The notes: generated by a model from the sequence alone, not told the origin. Shown: positions 19,567-30,002, counted from the first letter of the stretch. The stretch: DNA of 64,000 nt from an uncultured Muribaculum sp. (GCA_964651105.1 CAZYXN010000001.1:179-64178), one strand, 5' to 3'. A program made the numbers and translations.

Positions 19567-21138
19567 TTAATGGTCAGTGTGTGGATAGTCTACGGTATAG
19601 TGAAGCCCTCTGGATTCTTTTCTTTCCATCGCTTGCCTCATGATGAGGTATCCTACATTTATTATGTTTCTGAGCTCGCATATTTCACGGCTTGCTTTAG
19701 AGCATTTGAACAGACGTTCAGTCTCTTCATACAGGATGTCAAGCCGGTTCCATGCGCGTTTTAGTCTTAAATCGCTTCGCACGATACCTACATAGGCCGA
19801 CATTATTTGGCCTACTTCCTTGATACTCTGAGTAATCAATACCATTTCTTCCGGGTGGCGCGTGCCTTCGTCATTCCATTCCGGCACATCAGTGCGGAAC
19901 GCATAATGTTCCTTGGCTTCAATTGCGTGCTTGGCTGCCGCGTCAGCATAAACAACTGCTTCAATCAGTGAATTTGAAGCAAGTCGGTTGCCTCCGTGGA
20001 GTCCTGTGCAAGAACATTCTCCCACGGCATAAAGCCTTTGGATTGAGGATTCCGCATTTGTATCTACCTTTATTCCTCCGCATAAATAATGGGCTGCAGG
20101 AGCTACGGGAATATAGTCTTTAGTGATGTCGATGCCTAATGAAAGACATTTCTTATAAATATTGGGGAAATGACGTTTGGTTTCTTCCGGATTTTTATGA
20201 GTTACATCAAGAAATACATGGTCGTCACCGGTCAATTTCATTTCAGAATCGATGGCGCGGGCCACGATATCTCGCGGAGCAAGAGATAGGCGTGAATCAT
20301 ATTTTTGCATGAATTCTTCGCCTTTCAGATTGCGAAGCACAGCTCCGTAACCTCTCATTGCTTCGGTTATTAAAAAAGAGGGGCGGTCGCCGGGATGATA
20401 AAGGGCTGTGGGATGGAATTGGATGAATTCCATGTCCTTTACAGTGCCTTTAGCTCGATATACCATGGCAATACCGTCGCCGGTCGCTACAAGAGGATTG
20501 GTGGTTGTTGTATAGACAGCGCCTACACCGCCGGTTGCCATGAGTGTTATTTTGGCAAGGAAAGTGTCGACTTTTCCTGTCTTATTATCAAGCACATATG
20601 CTCCATAGCATGTTATGTCGGGAGTGCGCCGAGTGACTATTTTGCCAAGATGGTGCTGAGTGATAATCTCGATTGCAAAATGATTTTCAAAAATATCGAT
20701 GTTTGGATTTGATTTAATTGCCTTTATGAGACTGTCTTGAATTTCTGCTCCGGTATTGTCTTTGTGATGCAGAATGCGGAATTCGGAATGCCCTCCTTCG
20801 CGGTGAAGGTCAAATTTTCCATCTTCGTTTTTATCAAAATCCACACCCCAATTTATGAGTTCCTTGATTTGTTGAGGAGCTCCTTTGACCACTTTTTCTA
20901 CTGCTTCACGATTGCTCAGCCAGTCGCCGGCAATCATAGTGTCTTCGATGTGCTTGTCAAAATTATCGACTTCAAGATTTGTAACAGAAGCCACGCCGCC
21001 TTGAGCTAAATAGGTATTTGCTTCTTCAAGGGTGGTTTTACAGATTAATGCCACTTTGCCTGTGCCGGCCACTTTGAGAGCAAAACTCATTCCTGCAATT
21101 CCGGAACCTATTACCAAATAGTCATATTCGTAAGTCAT
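19567..21138 (-). CDS. nadB: L-aspartate oxidase
   Basis: Start MTYEYDYLVIGSGIAG (FAD-binding motif); AQGG, REGGHS, QFHPT, TEAMRG, HYLCGG, GLHGGNRLASNSL, ESRGLHY. Confidence 0.96.
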   Translation of the reverse strand: MTYEYDYLVIGSGIAGMSFALKVAGTGKVALICKTTLEEANTYLAQGGVASVTNLEVDNFDKHIEDTMIAGDWLSNREAVEKVVKGAPQQIKELINWGVDFDKNEDGKFDLHREGGHSEFRILHHKDNTGAEIQDSLIKAIKSNPNIDIFENHFAIEIITQHHLGKIVTRRTPDITCYGAYVLDNKTGKVDTFLAKITLMATGGVGAVYTTTTNPLVATGDGIAMVYRAKGTVKDMEFIQFHPTALYHPGDRPSFLITEAMRGYGAVLRNLKGEEFMQKYDSRLSLAPRDIVARAIDSEMKLTGDDHVFLDVTHKNPEETKRHFPNIYKKCLSLGIDITKDYIPVAPAAHYLCGGIKVDTNAESSIQRLYAVGECSCTGLHGGNRLASNSLIEAVVYADAAAKHAIEAKEHYAFRTDVPEWNDEGTRHPEEMVLITQSIKEVGQIMSAYVGIVRSDLRLKRAWNRLDILYEETERLFKCSKASREICELRNIINVGYLIMRQAMERKESRGLHYTVDYPHTDH

Positions 21139-21158
21139 AGCACTTGAATTATTGTCAC

Positions 21159-21210
21159 GCAAAGTTAATGTAAACCTTATAAGTAAACAAAAAATTCTTA
21201 CTAACTTTGC
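21159..21210. promoter_or_regulatory. Back-to-back divergent promoters for nadB and the GT2/wecB unit
   Basis: CAAAGTTA at 21160-21167 (TAACTTTG on the minus strand) and TAACTTTG at 21202-21209 (plus strand). Confidence 0.7.
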
Positions 21211-21233
21211 AGATTGAATATAAAATTGTATAA

Positions 21234-22421
21234 GTGTTTTCTGGTGCGGATATAATAACGGCATGGTGTTTTACCGGGATTGCTGCGATAATGGCGATTG
21301 CGGTCACGTTGTTTTATACATGCCGTATATTTAAAGTGTGCAAAACGGTGAAAAATCAGTCTTTGGCTGATTTGCCCGACACTTTTCCATCCGTATCGGT
21401 GATTGTATATAGCAATGGGGATGCGGAAAGTCTATCAGTTGTGCTGAACCAATTGAAGGCGCAGAATTACCCGTCTGATTATGAAGTCGTGGCGGTTAAC
21501 GATGGAAAAGATTATGAAAGTGAGATGCTCCTTATGTCGTTGGCATCACAATGGAAAAATCTTCGTCACACGTTTACTCCTAAAGCGATGAGAAACGTGT
21601 CGCGTAAGAAGCTTGCATTGACACTTGGAATGAAAGCGGCTCGATATGACGTAATAATCCATATAACTTCATCGACACGCATAAATTCGGCTGACTGGCT
21701 TAAGTTTATGGCAGCTCCGTTTAATGACAATAAAGTCGACATGGTTATTGGATATGCTTGTCCTGACTCAAAAGCTGACACTCAATACGGCAATAGACGG
21801 CGAGCACACGACATGCTGATAACTTCGGTTCATTATCTTGCCTCAGCGTTGACAGGACATACGTATAGAGGAGATGGCGACAATCTGGCATATCGCCGTG
21901 ACAAGTTCTTTGAAATTAAAGGATTCAGTAATTCGCTGAATCTCCATTACGGAGACGATGATATATTTGTATGTGATGTGGCGACGCCGGAAAATACAAT
22001 GGTGATGATAGCGTCAGACGCTCAGGTAATGAGTGAAAGCAATCATCCGGTAGAAGTATATAAAAATAAAAAATACCGTTATGATTATACCTCCCGATAT
22101 TGTAACTGTTCACAAAATTGGCTGTATGATACAGTGAGCCTCATGTTTTGGATATGGTTGCTTTCAACAATTGGCGGTATTATGACCGGATACTATGATT
22201 TGAAAGTTTTGATTGCATTAGGTGTTGCGGCGATGGTTTTGTGGATTCCCCAGATTGCCGCATGGCGAAGCGCGTCAAAGTTATTGTCGGCGCGTCGGTT
22301 TATGTTGAGTGTTCCCGGCGCATTGATGGCTCGTCCGTTCTATAATTTCATTTACCATTTACGTTCCCATCGTATCCATACCGCTCATTTCACTTGGCAG
22401 GCCATCGGCAACCAACAGTAA
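21234..22421 (+). CDS. Membrane-anchored GT2-family glycosyltransferase
   Basis: VSVIVY, VVAVNDG, RKKLALTLG and GDDDIF; N- and C-terminal TM segments; GTG start. Confidence 0.85.
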   Translation: MFSGADIITAWCFTGIAAIMAIAVTLFYTCRIFKVCKTVKNQSLADLPDTFPSVSVIVYSNGDAESLSVVLNQLKAQNYPSDYEVVAVNDGKDYESEMLLMSLASQWKNLRHTFTPKAMRNVSRKKLALTLGMKAARYDVIIHITSSTRINSADWLKFMAAPFNDNKVDMVIGYACPDSKADTQYGNRRRAHDMLITSVHYLASALTGHTYRGDGDNLAYRRDKFFEIKGFSNSLNLHYGDDDIFVCDVATPENTMVMIASDAQVMSESNHPVEVYKNKKYRYDYTSRYCNCSQNWLYDTVSLMFWIWLLSTIGGIMTGYYDLKVLIALGVAAMVLWIPQIAAWRSASKLLSARRFMLSVPGALMARPFYNFIYHLRSHRIHTAHFTWQAIGNQQ

Positions 22422-22476
22422 TTTGGAAAATAATAAAATTTTAGACATTACGTTAGATAATATAACACTGGATATC

Positions 22477-23640
22477 ATGAAAAAAAAAATAATGGTTGTA
22501 TTTGGAACTCGTCCTGAGGCGATTAAAATGGCTCCACTTGTTAAGGCGTTACAAAAGCAGGATGACAAATTTGAAACTGTTGTAACCGTAACTGGTCAAC
22601 ATCGTCAGATGCTTGATCAAGTGCTTGATATATTTGATATAGTTCCTGATTTTGATTTGAATATTATGCGTTCTGGTCAGGATCTTACTGATGTGAGCTG
22701 TAAGGTTCTACAAGGGATGAGGGACATATTTGTAAATAAATGTCGTCCTGACATGGTTCTTGTTCATGGTGATACATCGACATCTTCTTTTGCTGCCATA
22801 TCGGCATTCTATGCCAATATTCCCGTAGGTCATGTTGAAGCAGGTTTGCGTACTCATAATAAGTTTTCGCCTTGGCCTGAAGAAATGAATCGGCAACTCA
22901 CTGGCAGAATTGCTGATTTTCATTTTGCCCCAACACCGTTGAGCAGTCTTAATCTAATCAATGAAGGGATTGCCGAAGATATAATTTTTATAACTGGCAA
23001 CACTGTTATTGATGCTCTTCATATCGTAATTGATAGAATGGAGAATGATTCCAAACTCATGGCTGATATAGACAATGATATTAAGAGAACAGGGTATGAT
23101 GTAGAAAGATTGTCGGGAGGAAAAAAGATGGTGCTTATCACCGGACATAGAAGAGAGAATTTTGGTGAAGGATTCTTGTCGATATGCAAAGCGATAAAAG
23201 ATTTAGCAGAAAAATACAAAGATGTCGATTTCGTATATCCTATGCATCTTAATCCCAATGTTAGAATGCCGATACAAGCCGTATTCGAAGATTTTGACAA
23301 TGGGGAAAACGGAAATCTGTTTTTCATTGAACCGCTTGAATACCTCGCATTTGTCAGAATGATGTCAAAATCTTATATAGTGTTGACTGATAGTGGCGGC
23401 ATTCAAGAAGAGGCACCTGGACTCGGAAAACCGGTCGTGGTTATGCGCGACACGACCGAACGTCCTGAAGCAGTTGAAGCGGGAACTGTCAAGCTTGTCG
23501 GAACAGACTATGATAATATTATATCAACTGTTTCAGCTCTTCTTGATGATGCTGATATGTATAAATCAATGTCAAGGGCAATAAATCCTTATGGTGACGG
23601 CAAGGCTTCAGATCGAATAATCGAAATCTTATCCAAATAG
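22477..23640 (+). CDS. wecB: UDP-N-acetylglucosamine 2-epimerase (non-hydrolysing)
   Basis: VVFGTRPEAIKMAP, HGDT, GHVEAGLR, PEEMNR, HRREN, TDSGGIQEEAP, YGDGKAS; start taken at MKKK (22477). Confidence 0.96.
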   Translation: MKKKIMVVFGTRPEAIKMAPLVKALQKQDDKFETVVTVTGQHRQMLDQVLDIFDIVPDFDLNIMRSGQDLTDVSCKVLQGMRDIFVNKCRPDMVLVHGDTSTSSFAAISAFYANIPVGHVEAGLRTHNKFSPWPEEMNRQLTGRIADFHFAPTPLSSLNLINEGIAEDIIFITGNTVIDALHIVIDRMENDSKLMADIDNDIKRTGYDVERLSGGKKMVLITGHRRENFGEGFLSICKAIKDLAEKYKDVDFVYPMHLNPNVRMPIQAVFEDFDNGENGNLFFIEPLEYLAFVRMMSKSYIVLTDSGGIQEEAPGLGKPVVVMRDTTERPEAVEAGTVKLVGTDYDNIISTVSALLDDADMYKSMSRAINPYGDGKASDRIIEILSK

Positions 23641-23643
23641 CTC

Positions 23644-24633
23644 ATGTATTATTTTTATTTACCTGACGGAGTTTTAGATGTCACAGCATGCTATGTAAAT
23701 GTAATACGCAAGGCGCTTGAATATAGAGGTGAAGAAGTAAAGATTGTCAATAATTTGAAACAAATACCGAAATATTCAAAAGTGTTTACTGAATACGATA
23801 AATTTTGTATGGATGTTATGCTTTGGCGGAGAGCGAAAGTTGTGATAAACTGGTTTCAAGGCGTGACTCCGGAAGAGACTTATCTATTGCACAAGGGAAC
23901 TTGGTTAAGCAGATTTCGTTATGTGGCTCATAGATACATGGAAAAATTTGCGATAAAGAAAACTGCGTTTAAACTCTTTGTTTCAAAAGCCATGCTTCAA
24001 CATTATCAATCAATCTATAATTATAGAGGAGACGATTATTTTATAATGCCTTGTTTTAATACAATGTTAGGCGATGACGTTTTCACTGAGGAGCGTTATG
24101 CTGCTCCGAAGTTTGTGTATGCAGGGAGTATGAGTGCATGGCAATGCATTGAAGCTACTCTAAAATTGTTTAAAATGATAAAGCAATCGATACCGGCCTC
24201 AACACTTGATATTTATACTTCTGAGCGTTCTAAAGCGGACGCTTTGTGTAAAAAGCACGGTGTTGCGGCTAAGATAGACTGTGTGCCGTCGAGTGAGCTT
24301 GAAAATAGGCTCAAAAGCTATAAATATGGTTTTATTGTAAGAGATGATTCCATAATAAATAGGGTTGCTACCCCCACAAAAATGAGCAATTATATGGGTG
24401 CTGGCCTGATTCCCGTTTTTTCCAATACGATAAGTGCATATAAGGAAAATATTGCAGCAGATAATGCTTATGCAGTGTGTTTTAATGATAACGAGGAAGC
24501 AATAAAAAAAATTAGCTATATAGAACAGGCGGGTGTTGATTTAAATAAAATCGAAAAAATATATACGGATATTTTCAATCGTTATTGGAATGAGCAATAT
24601 TATATTGAACAACTATCAAGGGTTTTACCTTGA
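23644..24633 (+). CDS. Putative GT-B fold glycosyltransferase
   Basis: FVYAGSMSAWQ and VATPTKMSNYMGAGLIPV resemble the GT4-like C-terminal domain; glycan-locus context. Confidence 0.7.
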   Translation: MYYFYLPDGVLDVTACYVNVIRKALEYRGEEVKIVNNLKQIPKYSKVFTEYDKFCMDVMLWRRAKVVINWFQGVTPEETYLLHKGTWLSRFRYVAHRYMEKFAIKKTAFKLFVSKAMLQHYQSIYNYRGDDYFIMPCFNTMLGDDVFTEERYAAPKFVYAGSMSAWQCIEATLKLFKMIKQSIPASTLDIYTSERSKADALCKKHGVAAKIDCVPSSELENRLKSYKYGFIVRDDSIINRVATPTKMSNYMGAGLIPVFSNTISAYKENIAADNAYAVCFNDNEEAIKKISYIEQAGVDLNKIEKIYTDIFNRYWNEQYYIEQLSRVLP

Positions 24634-25677
24634 ATCTTGAATAATGTCAAGATGGGAAATTAGTTTATGTCCCATTGAAAAGCGGGAGAAATTGTTTAAA
24701 TATGATTTTCGTGCAGTTTCTGACAGTTTCCTCATGAAATCTTCATTTTCAAGTGTCGTTGCAATAATCTCAGCTGCTTTGACCGGTTCCTTCGGAATAT
24801 GCACGCCGTTCTCTCCATCGTTTACATACATTTCTGACAAAGTGCTCGGCGCTGTTATAATAACAGGCTTTGCCATCATCATGCTATTGAGAAGAACCGT
24901 ATCTCCCGAGCATAAATTACTCTCCTTTATTGAGATGATTGACATTGTGCAGTTTGCAATATAAGAATATGTCTCGTTCACTTTGATGTTTGACAGATGA
25001 ATTATATTGGATGGAAGTGAGGAGGTTGGATTCCATGTGTCGCTTATGATGACAAGTTTTCTTTTCTTCAGGCATTTTTGGTTCCATACTTTTACAAGAA
25101 AATCGAAGTCACGGTTGCTACGTCCAAGAGAAAGGACAAAGTCAGTAATATCACATTTAAGACCTAACCATTCATTATAGTTGTCAGGTATTCCGAATGG
25201 AGTGACTATGACGTCAGTTTTATCGGGGATTTTGAAAGTATTTTTCATTGCTTCGGCATAATTCTGACTCGGCACATGAATTTTGTTGATGTATCCGCTT
25301 CGAAGTACGTAATCAATATATTTTTTGTAGATTTTGCCAAGTAATCCTTTTTTTTCTTTGTAGGTGAAGTTGACTACGATTATACGCGGGAAAACTGATA
25401 CATGAAAGATTGCGCAATAAAATGCAAAGTTAATGGCATGGAATTGTTGCCATCCTATCAGAGTTGATATTGTTTTACGGTTTAAAAATACTGAGAAAGG
25501 AAATGAAAAATAGGAAAAATATCTCAAAAGGCGCTTTGTCAACGAACCGTGGTACAGATTACTCACTGCCGTCATTATTTCAAAATCACATCCGGATTCC
25601 TCAGCGCATGCCTCTTTGAAAGACATGATTTCATCGGCATCACAATCTGTAAGAATTATATGTTTTTTCTCAGGCAT
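24625..25677 (-). CDS. GT4-family glycosyltransferase (opposite strand)
   Basis: VLSLGRSNRDF, SGDTVLLNSMMMAKPVI and YVNDGENG motifs. Confidence 0.8.
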   Translation of the reverse strand: MPEKKHIILTDCDADEIMSFKEACAEESGCDFEIMTAVSNLYHGSLTKRLLRYFSYFSFPFSVFLNRKTISTLIGWQQFHAINFAFYCAIFHVSVFPRIIVVNFTYKEKKGLLGKIYKKYIDYVLRSGYINKIHVPSQNYAEAMKNTFKIPDKTDVIVTPFGIPDNYNEWLGLKCDITDFVLSLGRSNRDFDFLVKVWNQKCLKKRKLVIISDTWNPTSSLPSNIIHLSNIKVNETYSYIANCTMSIISIKESNLCSGDTVLLNSMMMAKPVIITAPSTLSEMYVNDGENGVHIPKEPVKAAEIIATTLENEDFMRKLSETARKSYLNNFSRFSMGHKLISHLDIIQDSR

Positions 25678-25879
25678 AATGACTCTATTTTTATTTTGGT
25701 TTTAAGGGATTCTAACAATATCATTATAACGATATTGTAATGCCGTTTATTGCTGTTTTCGGGCGATAACTTGTATTGCTGTAATTTTATTACGGGGAAC
25801 CTGAGCATTAAGAGAGAGTGGTTGTTAATGAATCATTTTTTCGTTCGTTGAACTCTTTTGACATACAATATAATGTAGG

Positions 25880-25887
25880 TATCTTCG
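25880..25887 (+). promoter_or_regulatory. -7-like promoter element for the wza-wzy-wzc unit
   Basis: TATCTTCG (TAnnTTCG variant), 30 nt upstream of ATG 25918. Confidence 0.5.
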
Positions 25888-25917
25888 TTATAGATAAACG
25901 GACGTAAACTCTATTTT

Positions 25918-26715
25918 ATGAAAATTTCATATTTATTCGCAATATTTATTATTCTGTTTTCTTCTTGTACGGCAAAGAAAGATTTGGCTTATTTTAGTGA
26001 TATCAAGGATTTTCAATCCGGGAAACTTATTTCATCAGATTATCAAATAAAAATAGAGCCGGAAGACGAGTTGTCTATATGGGTGTCTTCTATGGTTCCT
26101 GAAGCGACTTCTCAATTCAATATTATCGCGCCTTCAATTAGGCCTATCGCTGACACTGATGTGACATCAACGACTCGCGCATTATCTTATATTGTAGATA
26201 AGGATGGAGTTATCGATTTTCCTGGATTAGGCGCGATATATGTTCAAGGAATGACAACTAAGCAATTGAAAGATTATCTGACTAATCGCATAAGCAAGAC
26301 TGTAAAAGATCCTCAAGTGACGGTCTCTCTTAATAATTTTAAAGTAAATGTTTTAGGAGAAGTGAAAGAGGCAAAAATGATAAAAGTGACTACCGAGAAA
26401 TTCTCTGTATTTGATGCTCTTGCTGCTTGTGGTGATTTGACTGAATATGGAAAGCGGGACGGAATCATGGTTATACGTCAATTGCCAGACGGAGAAACCG
26501 TATATAATCGTTTGAATCTTCATGATAGCTCTATTACCGGCTCTCCGTTTTTTTATCTTAAACAAAACGATGTCGTTTATGTAGAACCGAATAATGTAAA
26601 GCAGGACAATTCAAAATACAATCAAAATAATGGATTCAAGTTGTCGGTTATCTCAACTATTGTCAGTGCGGTATCTGTGATTTCGTCGCTTATCATCGCT
26701 TTATCGATAAAATAG
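25918..26715 (+). CDS. wza: Polysaccharide export lipoprotein (Wza-like)
   Basis: Lipobox FSSC; Y.I.P.DELSI, YIVDKDGVIDFPGLG, VNVLGEV, DALAACGDLTEYGKR, LKQNDVVYVEPN. Confidence 0.92.
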   Translation: MKISYLFAIFIILFSSCTAKKDLAYFSDIKDFQSGKLISSDYQIKIEPEDELSIWVSSMVPEATSQFNIIAPSIRPIADTDVTSTTRALSYIVDKDGVIDFPGLGAIYVQGMTTKQLKDYLTNRISKTVKDPQVTVSLNNFKVNVLGEVKEAKMIKVTTEKFSVFDALAACGDLTEYGKRDGIMVIRQLPDGETVYNRLNLHDSSITGSPFFYLKQNDVVYVEPNNVKQDNSKYNQNNGFKLSVISTIVSAVSVISSLIIALSIK

Positions 26716-26722
26716 GATTTGT

Positions 26723-27988
26723 ATGATTAGTCTGGATCGTATTTGTTCTTGGCTTTTTATCATCAATTTCGCTCTGTTTGTGCCGAGCAGCCGACTGATT
26801 GGATTTACCGATGAACTAACCTGTTTGATTCTTATGATTTTGATAGGCATAGATTGCTTTTTTAATAGAAATTGGAAGAGATACAAACTGGTGTGGATCA
26901 TAGTCGCTGTAATGACAGTCTATGCGATATATTCTGTGGCGGCATTTAATTTCAATACAGTACGTTATATTGCTACCGATTGGATTATTCAATTAAAACC
27001 TTATGTCGCATTTGTTGCGATGCTGGTTATTGGGCCATTCTTTACTGATCAAGATAAATATATATTAAGGAAAATTGCGGTCTTCAATGTATTGGTGGCT
27101 GCAATAGTGCTATTTTCCCGATTTTTTGTTGGGAGGCTTTTGTTGGAGCCGATTTTCTTTCATGTTATGACGGCAGGAATGTGTATATACGTCTCAGCGG
27201 CCGTATATATGTTATGTTCTATAAATAAAGAAGGAGCTGTAGAAAGAAAGTCATTGATTATCTTTACCGTAATGTTTATTGCGGGTCTGATGTGTACAAG
27301 GGCGAAATATTATGGAGAATTTGTCTTGGCGATGTTCTTTATATATTTCTATAAACCAGGAATAATGAAGCATTTGGATTTTAAGCGTTTTATGTTGATT
27401 GTCCTTTTGCTTGTGTTGATTTTAATTGTCAGTTGGGAAAAAATAGAGTATTATTTTATAACTGGAAATTCTGATACGTTTGACCCTAATGTTGTGGCGA
27501 GTTATGCCAGGCCGGTGCTTTATGTGACTTCATTTTTTATACTATGCGATTATTTTCCGTTTGGATCCGGTTTGGCATCTTTTGCTACCTTTGCTTCTGC
27601 TGATAATTATTCTGGACTTTATTACGAATATGGATTGAATTATATATGGGGGCTATCTCCTTCAATGCCAGACTTTATATGTGATGCATTTTATCCGTCA
27701 CTTGCGCAATTTGGTTTTGTCGGGATTCTCTTATTTATTTATTTTTGGATATATATATATAAGTATTTGAGGGTTTTGATTCGCCTGAATTCTCAAAAAT
27801 ATAGAAATTTATTTTGTATTGGTGTAATGTTGATGTGTTTTGTTTTTATAGAAAGTATAGCATCGACCACATTCGTACAATTTTATGGCATGGTGGCAAT
27901 GATGCTTTTGGGTATGATTTGTGCAAGAGGTAAAGAAATTAAAGAGAATATTGAAAAAGAAAAAATAAATGGCAATGGAAAAATATAA
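26723..27988 (+). CDS. wzy: Wzy-like polymerase / O-antigen-ligase-like membrane protein
   Basis: About 10 hydrophobic segments; ARPVLY and FPFGSGLASF loop motif; located between wza and the chain-length regulator. Confidence 0.75.
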   Translation: MISLDRICSWLFIINFALFVPSSRLIGFTDELTCLILMILIGIDCFFNRNWKRYKLVWIIVAVMTVYAIYSVAAFNFNTVRYIATDWIIQLKPYVAFVAMLVIGPFFTDQDKYILRKIAVFNVLVAAIVLFSRFFVGRLLLEPIFFHVMTAGMCIYVSAAVYMLCSINKEGAVERKSLIIFTVMFIAGLMCTRAKYYGEFVLAMFFIYFYKPGIMKHLDFKRFMLIVLLLVLILIVSWEKIEYYFITGNSDTFDPNVVASYARPVLYVTSFFILCDYFPFGSGLASFATFASADNYSGLYYEYGLNYIWGLSPSMPDFICDAFYPSLAQFGFVGILLFIYFWIYIYKYLRVLIRLNSQKYRNLFCIGVMLMCFVFIESIASTTFVQFYGMVAMMLLGMICARGKEIKENIEKEKINGNGKI

Positions 27989-30002
27989 TAATGAGCTTGA
28001 TTTCAGAAGAATCATCCGAGAAATAAAGAGATTGTGGTGGTTATATGTGGTAGCCCTCGTCGTTCTTATGGGAGGAGGCATATTTTATTATATAAGAAGT
28101 ATGCCGCAATATACAGCAACAGGCAATCTTCTTATAGAGGACTCGTCGGAGAATACTCCGTCAGCCGGTTCAGGAGGAGTTTCGGCGATAATGCGGTCGT
28201 TTTCTATCGGAGGATTTGGCTCGTCGTCGGTTGACAACGAGTTGATGGTAATGGGATCAAACACACTTCGCCGACGTGTTATTGACAAACTTAAAATGAA
28301 CCGTACTTATATAGAGAGAGACGGTATTAAGAAAAGAATGTTGTACGATGATTCCCCGGTGTGCGTTGAAGCGTCAAAGGAGTTTTTTGACACATTGACT
28401 TCTGCGATGACAATAAGGATAAAACTCGACAAAGGGAGAGTGAATGTCAAGGTTACCCAAGGGCGTATTTTCAAAAAGATTATCGGCGAGCTGAATAATG
28501 CTCCCTTGCCATGTACGTTGTCTACCTCTTATGGCGATTTTCAATTATTGAAAGCGAATGATTATACTCCTGAAACGAAAGCGGATATAGATGTCATTGT
28601 GACCGGAAACGAGGCTGCCGCTAAAGTTCTTTCCGAGAAATTGTATATGGAGATTTCTGATGCTAAAACCGATGTTATATCGTTGACTTATAGAAGCCCT
28701 AACAGAAAACTGGCAATGGATGTGGTAAACATGGCAATGGAGGAATATAACAAAATCAGAATTGAACGCCGCCATTCCAATGCCGCCAAGGAGATTGAAT
28801 ATTTTAGATCTCGTTTGGAGGTAATCTCATCCAGTCTTGCTGATTCTGAGATTAACCTTGAAAAGTTTAAAAAAGACCATAAACTTATGGGTGTAGAGCA
28901 AGAGGCCGGTCTTCTTGTTGGTACTACTGTGGGTAAAAAAGAAGAGCTAGTGAAGCTTCAGGCTCAGATTGATTATTATAAAGAGATTCTCAAGGCCTTG
29001 AAAGATGGCAATGATGGCGATTTGCTGCCTGTTCTTGATTCATCCAAAATTGCGTCTATCGGAGCTTATAATGATGCCATTATGAAACGTAAGAATCTTG
29101 AAATGTCGGCTACTTCAGAGAATAAGGCACTGCAATTGCTTAATTCCCAAATTGATTATATGCGTCAATTAATTAAAGGCAATGTTGAGATGTTGTTGGA
29201 ACAGGGGGAACTAAATATGGCAACCTTGAAGCAATTGACCGGTACTGCCGTCAACCGAATAAGCGAACTGCCCGAACTGGAACGAGAGTATATAGCATTA
29301 TTGCGTGACCAGAAATTCCAGAATGAATTATATCTTTTCCTTTTGCAGAAAAAAGAGAGCGCGGAACTGAAATTCTATTCCAATTCGACTCTCGGTTTTG
29401 TGTTTGAGCGAGCTTATAGCGAACTAAAGCCTAAAAATAGTAAAGGTACAGTGGTGCTAATTGGAGCGATTTTGCTTTCAATGATATTGCCGTCAATTGC
29501 GGCATTTATTTGGCTGACATATCGCAATCGGGTAGAGAGTCCGATTGACATGCATTTTATAGGGCTTGAATCTTCTTCAATTTTCTATTCCGGGAAAAAG
29601 TCTCAGTTATGCGATATTAGAAAAAAATTAATAGAAAGCCCGGAAAAGAAAGTGGTATATGTTGCATCGATAGATACCGAGGCGAAATCTATATTGAATG
29701 AATTAATTGATAGTTTCAGAAATATCGGATTAAATCCGGTGGTTGAGGCTCCGATTAAGGATAATGACATTTTGTTGTCTAAAGCATTTAAGTTGAGATT
29801 GAGTGATTTATGTTCTCAGCATGACGCAGTCTTTGTAAATATTCCGGAACCCTCTCAATTAAGCCAAATTTCGTCACTTATTAATACTCCGTCATCATGG
29901 CTGTTGCTATTGATTGAGTCCGGTAAGATTGGCCGGAACAAGCTTAAGGGCTTGCTTTACGGATTGGAAAAATCCAATATTGCAACTATAATATTTAAGT
30001 AA
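27969..30002 (+). CDS. Wzc/Wzz-like chain-length regulator with a degenerate kinase domain
   Basis: Two TM segments flanking a coiled-coil periplasmic region (LYLFLLQKKE); short cytoplasmic tail without a GEGKS/T Walker A or terminal Tyr cluster. Confidence 0.85.
   Translation: MAMEKYNNELDFRRIIREIKRLWWLYVVALVVLMGGGIFYYIRSMPQYTATGNLLIEDSSENTPSAGSGGVSAIMRSFSIGGFGSSSVDNELMVMGSNTLRRRVIDKLKMNRTYIERDGIKKRMLYDDSPVCVEASKEFFDTLTSAMTIRIKLDKGRVNVKVTQGRIFKKIIGELNNAPLPCTLSTSYGDFQLLKANDYTPETKADIDVIVTGNEAAAKVLSEKLYMEISDAKTDVISLTYRSPNRKLAMDVVNMAMEEYNKIRIERRHSNAAKEIEYFRSRLEVISSSLADSEINLEKFKKDHKLMGVEQEAGLLVGTTVGKKEELVKLQAQIDYYKEILKALKDGNDGDLLPVLDSSKIASIGAYNDAIMKRKNLEMSATSENKALQLLNSQIDYMRQLIKGNVEMLLEQGELNMATLKQLTGTAVNRISELPELEREYIALLRDQKFQNELYLFLLQKKESAELKFYSNSTLGFVFERAYSELKPKNSKGTVVLIGAILLSMILPSIAAFIWLTYRNRVESPIDMHFIGLESSSIFYSGKKSQLCDIRKKLIESPEKKVVYVASIDTEAKSILNELIDSFRNIGLNPVVEAPIKDNDILLSKAFKLRLSDLCSQHDAVFVNIPEPSQLSQISSLINTPSSWLLLLIESGKIGRNKLKGLLYGLEKSNIATIIFK

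Noticed and set aside
21159-21210. 9-bp inverted repeat GCAAAGTTA/TAACTTTGC upstream of a glycan locus, resembling an invertible-promoter boundary
   Set aside because: The arms are themselves the two divergent TAACTTTG promoter elements. The spacer is only 34 nt and no recombinase is nearby.
21139-21264. 42-aa N-terminal extension of nadB in the ORF track
   Set aside because: It runs through the promoter region and overlaps the divergent GT2 start. Homology begins at MTYEYDYLVIGSG.
22480-22489. A10 run at the start of wecB
   Set aside because: It is in frame (Lys-Lys-Lys-Ile). A-rich starts are normal in Bacteroidetes, so there is no evidence of switching.
25790-25830. GAACCTGA, resembling part of a TPP riboswitch
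   Set aside because: The flanking conserved motifs (CTGAGA, TAATGC...CGTAGG) are absent and the context is a glycan locus.
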